From: Amphiscolops sp. MND2022
Taxonomy: Eukaryota
Length of the DNA: 64,000 nt
Direction of reading: 5' to 3'
Assembly (NCBI GenBank): GCA_964187785.1
Contig: OZ076409.1
Location: 15,688,001 to 15,752,000, forward strand
This document shows, piece after piece, positions 60,717 to 64,000 of the stretch (its first letter is position 1; every line of letters starts with the position of its first letter). Both the position numbers and the translations under genes were made by a program. The notes beneath the pieces are model-generated. The model searched no databases, was not told the DNA's origin, and saw only the letters and a list, made by a program, of their open reading frames with translations.

Positions 60717-61717
60717 AACAAACCTAACATTGTCGTCATTCGATTTCCAACTTCAATAGTCTTATGCTAGATGAACTTTTGCGAAATCTCATGGTTTCAA
60801 TCTCTGTTGTTGCTAAACTTCGATTATGGAAGTGCCAATTGGTCATGGGTAAAAATCTCCAAGTGGAGATGAAGCCCCCGGGCTTCATCCTCCTTATTAT
60901 TCCGTTTTGGGACCGGCAACCCAACCATGAAACTGCGTCTTTGCCTTGCCTTAGTTAGATGCAATATTCAATTTGCAATTTGTGTTTGCAGTTAGTGCTT
61001 TTTCATGCTACCTTATGCTACATGTGGATGCGCTGTGCGCACTCCGTGCTCTAAATTTTCGGTGCTATTACACCCTTTCAGTTACTAGTTATTGTTTACA
61101 CTGTTGCCATTGTCGAAAAAGACAAAAAGAAAAGATGAAGGAAAAGGAAACAAAAAGGGAGAGATGAGAAATGAATAGAATAAAAAGATTGATGAACCTC
61201 GACCATTGTTTTTCTTGAGCTACCTGATAGGATCGAGAGTAAGTCTCGCAAAAGAAATTTTAAATTGACCGTACTAATTGATTGATTTTATGGCAACTGC
61301 TTACCAAAAGAACTTTTATCAAACGCCAAGCAGTGCGAAGCTCCCGAGCTTCGGAAAATATGTTTCGAACAGTCATGTGATGGTCGTTGACCTTAAAACA
61401 AGTTTTAACACTAACGGCAAATAAAGAATTTTTTTTGAATGGCCGAAAAGAAATTTTAACGCCTGAATTGCTCACGACAGGCTACAAAAAGTAATGACCT
61501 TGCCGTATAAGATTTGTATACAAAATTGTATTGATTTGATCAAAATGCAGCAACGCTGGGTCAAAAACAATTCCACGAGGCCAACTTGACGATGTCTCAA
61601 TGAACTGCCCAGCGCTACTTGATGTGCACTCTACCTCCTCAGTGGGACACAGATGACTCTGGGTACAGACTCGATGACGCCAACCCACACTTGACGGGGA
61701 CGTCAAGACTAGACCCC

Positions 61718-61727
61718 GGGGAGTGTA
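61718..61727 (+). promoter_or_regulatory. Polypurine tract (short)
   Basis: GGGGAGTGTA immediately before the 3' LTR. Confidence 0.6.
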
Positions 61728-62462
61728 TGTAGCGATTACCTATCGAGTGCACGATTTCGAAAATTTCGATGAAAATTTCGTTCAAGGGACTATATCTCCT
61801 CTACTAAAGAGTCATATTCCGCTAGACGGCAGCGTGTCTTTATTCAAGTACCTGCCCACAGAATTGAAGAGAATTTGAGCAAAAGACTCGAGAGAGACCC
61901 CAACCGAACAAGAAGATTGCAGAAAAATACGGCCACTGTCAAAAAAAAAGACTCAAATTCCTGCCAAAACGGACTGAACTTTATTCTAACCAGTGCTTTC
62001 TCCAGCGAAGCGTTACAAGACGCTGTGATTACCAAAATGAGTCAATTAGCTTGACCAAGCATCCGTGCTTGTGTCCCCGGCTAATTGCTGCCTCAAAAGT
62101 GCTAATTATGTAGTAATTTTCGTATTTTCTTGTTGTAACAGCTCGTGAGCTACTCATTTCGATCTCCTGTGTAACTTCGAAAAAACTTGATTTTTCCTTT
62201 CCACCACTTGCATTTTTTAAAGGCTGTCTAAGTGTTGGTTTCGAAGAAAAAGCGTAATGCGCACTACTGATAGCAATTACAGACTGGATCAGGCCGGCGA
62301 GCACTTCACAAGAAGCGGAATCCTCCTCTGACGGGACAGTTTTTACCCGAAAGAGGCAAAATGAGCTCATGGTCATGGGCGCCTGTCCCGGGCAAATACC
62401 CATATCATGTGTTCCTCTAACTCTTATGGTTACGGCGACAATGGTGAGAGCTTGTCGTTACA
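61728..62462 (+). repeat. 3' LTR
   Basis: 735 bp. One substitution seen versus the 5' LTR (gtgcaaatt vs gtgctaatt). Confidence 0.95.
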
Positions 62463-63747
62463 AAGCTCCAAAATTGTTTGCAAAACAGATTCTGAAGTGT
62501 TTTCACAAATTTAATAATATTTGATCAAGCGTTTTTTGATTACCTTCAAAATCATTCGGGTTTCGAGCTAATTTATTTTCAGACCAAATCATTTTTTACA
62601 ATCAGGGGTCCAATTCATTTATTACAGTATGGTACGTTTTCACTGCGATAAAAACTATAGTATTGCGTCGAGTGAATAAAATCAGCATCCAAAGGAGTTA
62701 GCAAATAAGAATCACCAACGACTCATTCAAATTAAACAAACGACGACCAAAGAATGTTACATGTGCACAAAATCATATGCGGCGTTCGCTTCCACTTTCA
62801 ACCCAAGCTACCATTTCGTTAACATTAGTTGAGATTTGCTGTAACAAGCTAATCAATTTCTACTGGTTGTTCGTTCAACATATGCTTCATTTAACGCGGA
62901 ACGGTGTATGTGGGGAAACATGTACACTTTTTTGTTTGTACCTGTAACTGAAGGACCAAAGAGTTGAATAGAAGGGTCACTTGTTCATTAGAATGCGATT
63001 GCGTTTAGCGCCGCGCATCCAACTTGAAAGGCACGAGAAAGTAACATAAAGAACACAATGGAAAAATCTTGAACGGATTGGAATTACAAATTTAGGTCGG
63101 TCTTACAGCCACAAACGTCAAAGATACTGCAGCGTTCGGCAGTTTTTTTGACGCTTTATCATCTCTTAGAAAAACGATGTTGATAGGATTTAAGCATGTG
63201 ATCAAAAAAACTGCCGCACTCTACATCATCTTTGACGTATTTGGTGGCTGTCAGGCCTTACATTTGTAAGACCAATAAATTCATGTTTTATGTGATACTT
63301 AAATTGTTACTGAAAAATTATATTGATAAGAATCAACCTCTCGTGGTAAGATCACGATTGGCAGTTTTGGCAATATAATTGAAGTATACCCAACTGGAAT
63401 CAGTCATTCGTATCAGATCAAAAAATACCGTAAAATACAGAATACCGTAAACCCCTTGGAAAATTTTACAATGCATTTTGAAAGTTGTGAATGATTTATT
63501 TTCGTATTATGACTTGAATTCTCACAATATTAGCATCGCGGATATGCTGTTTTCGGTCACATCTCGTATAATCTCGGAGTATTTGACCTCGGAAACATCT
63601 TTGGTGAAAACAATTCAAACGTTTGATTGAAACATTTGTCGATAAAAAATTCCTTTCCTCAGAATGAAAAAGTGTTCAAAGGAGGGATGTTTTTTCCCAA
63701 AAAAGCAGTCAAATGGTTGTTCATCAACAGTTTATATCAAGGCTAAC

Positions 63748-64000
63748 CACCGAACGATGATGTTGATGTCAGGTAGAAGTAAAATTTGCACGTGTATCGG
63801 TTGATCAGCGTGAAAGGGGATTGAAACAGGGAAGAAGAAGCAGCTTGGATCCCAATCAGCACAATAGGGAATGAATCAGCCACTGCCAGACTTTTAATGA
63901 ACGTAGTGCCTGATGTTGGTGAGCCCAAACGAGAAGCAGTCAGAAATGCGAAGCAGTTGCTGATCAGTCCAATCATCGCAACTATCACGCTCAAGACCCA
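63748..64000 (-). CDS. GPCR paralog 2, TM1-TM3 exon (continues beyond the window)
   Basis: SVIVAMIGLISNCFAFLTASRLGSPTSGTTFIKSLAVAD...RYTCKFY...SSFG, donor G|GTTAG. Homologous to 29844-30179 and splices in frame to 42284. Confidence 0.85.

Larger units (their letters stand above)
43233..62462 (+). mobile_element. Full-length giant Ty3/Gypsy LTR retrotransposon (19,230 bp)
   Basis: Two 735-bp LTRs TGTAGCGA...TCGTTACA, PBS, PPT, an intact gag-PR-RT-RH-IN ORF in Ty3/Gypsy order, and a second long ORF. Confidence 0.97.
42619..62632. mobile_element. TA-flanked TIR element (Tc1/mariner-pogo-like MITE, ~0.8 kb) split by the LTR retrotransposon
   Basis: TA|CCATACTGTAATAAATGAATTGGACCTCTGATTGCAAAAAATGATTTGG (42619) is inverted as CCAAATCATTTTTTACAATCAGGGGTCCAATTCATTTATTACAGTATGG|TA (ending 62632). 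Confidence 0.75.

Overview
AT-rich, repeat-dense eukaryotic (animal-like) genomic DNA with one 200-N assembly gap. The main feature is an intact, very young, ~19.2-kb Ty3/Gypsy LTR retrotransposon (43233-62462, + strand). It has 735-bp near-identical LTRs and a single 3255-aa Gag-Pol ORF carrying extra modules: an apparent degenerate protease-like repeat, a dUTPase-like fold, and a long post-integrase tail with AT-hook-like motifs, a Cys cluster and two tandem TARG1/OARD1-like macrodomain folds. A second 1455-aa ORF sits in the env position but looks SGNH/GDSL-fold-like rather than env-like. The element lies inside a TA-flanked TIR element, which lies in an intron of one of two tandem paralogous class A GPCR genes (minus strand, same exon structure). 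The rest of the window holds recent tandem duplications (4.1 kb and 1.5 kb), a decayed minus-strand Gypsy element, hAT and piggyBac relics, CCC-terminal TIR elements, Helentron/DINE-1-like repeats, minisatellites and perfect fold-back palindromes. All domain calls are by-eye motif recognition, not database searches.
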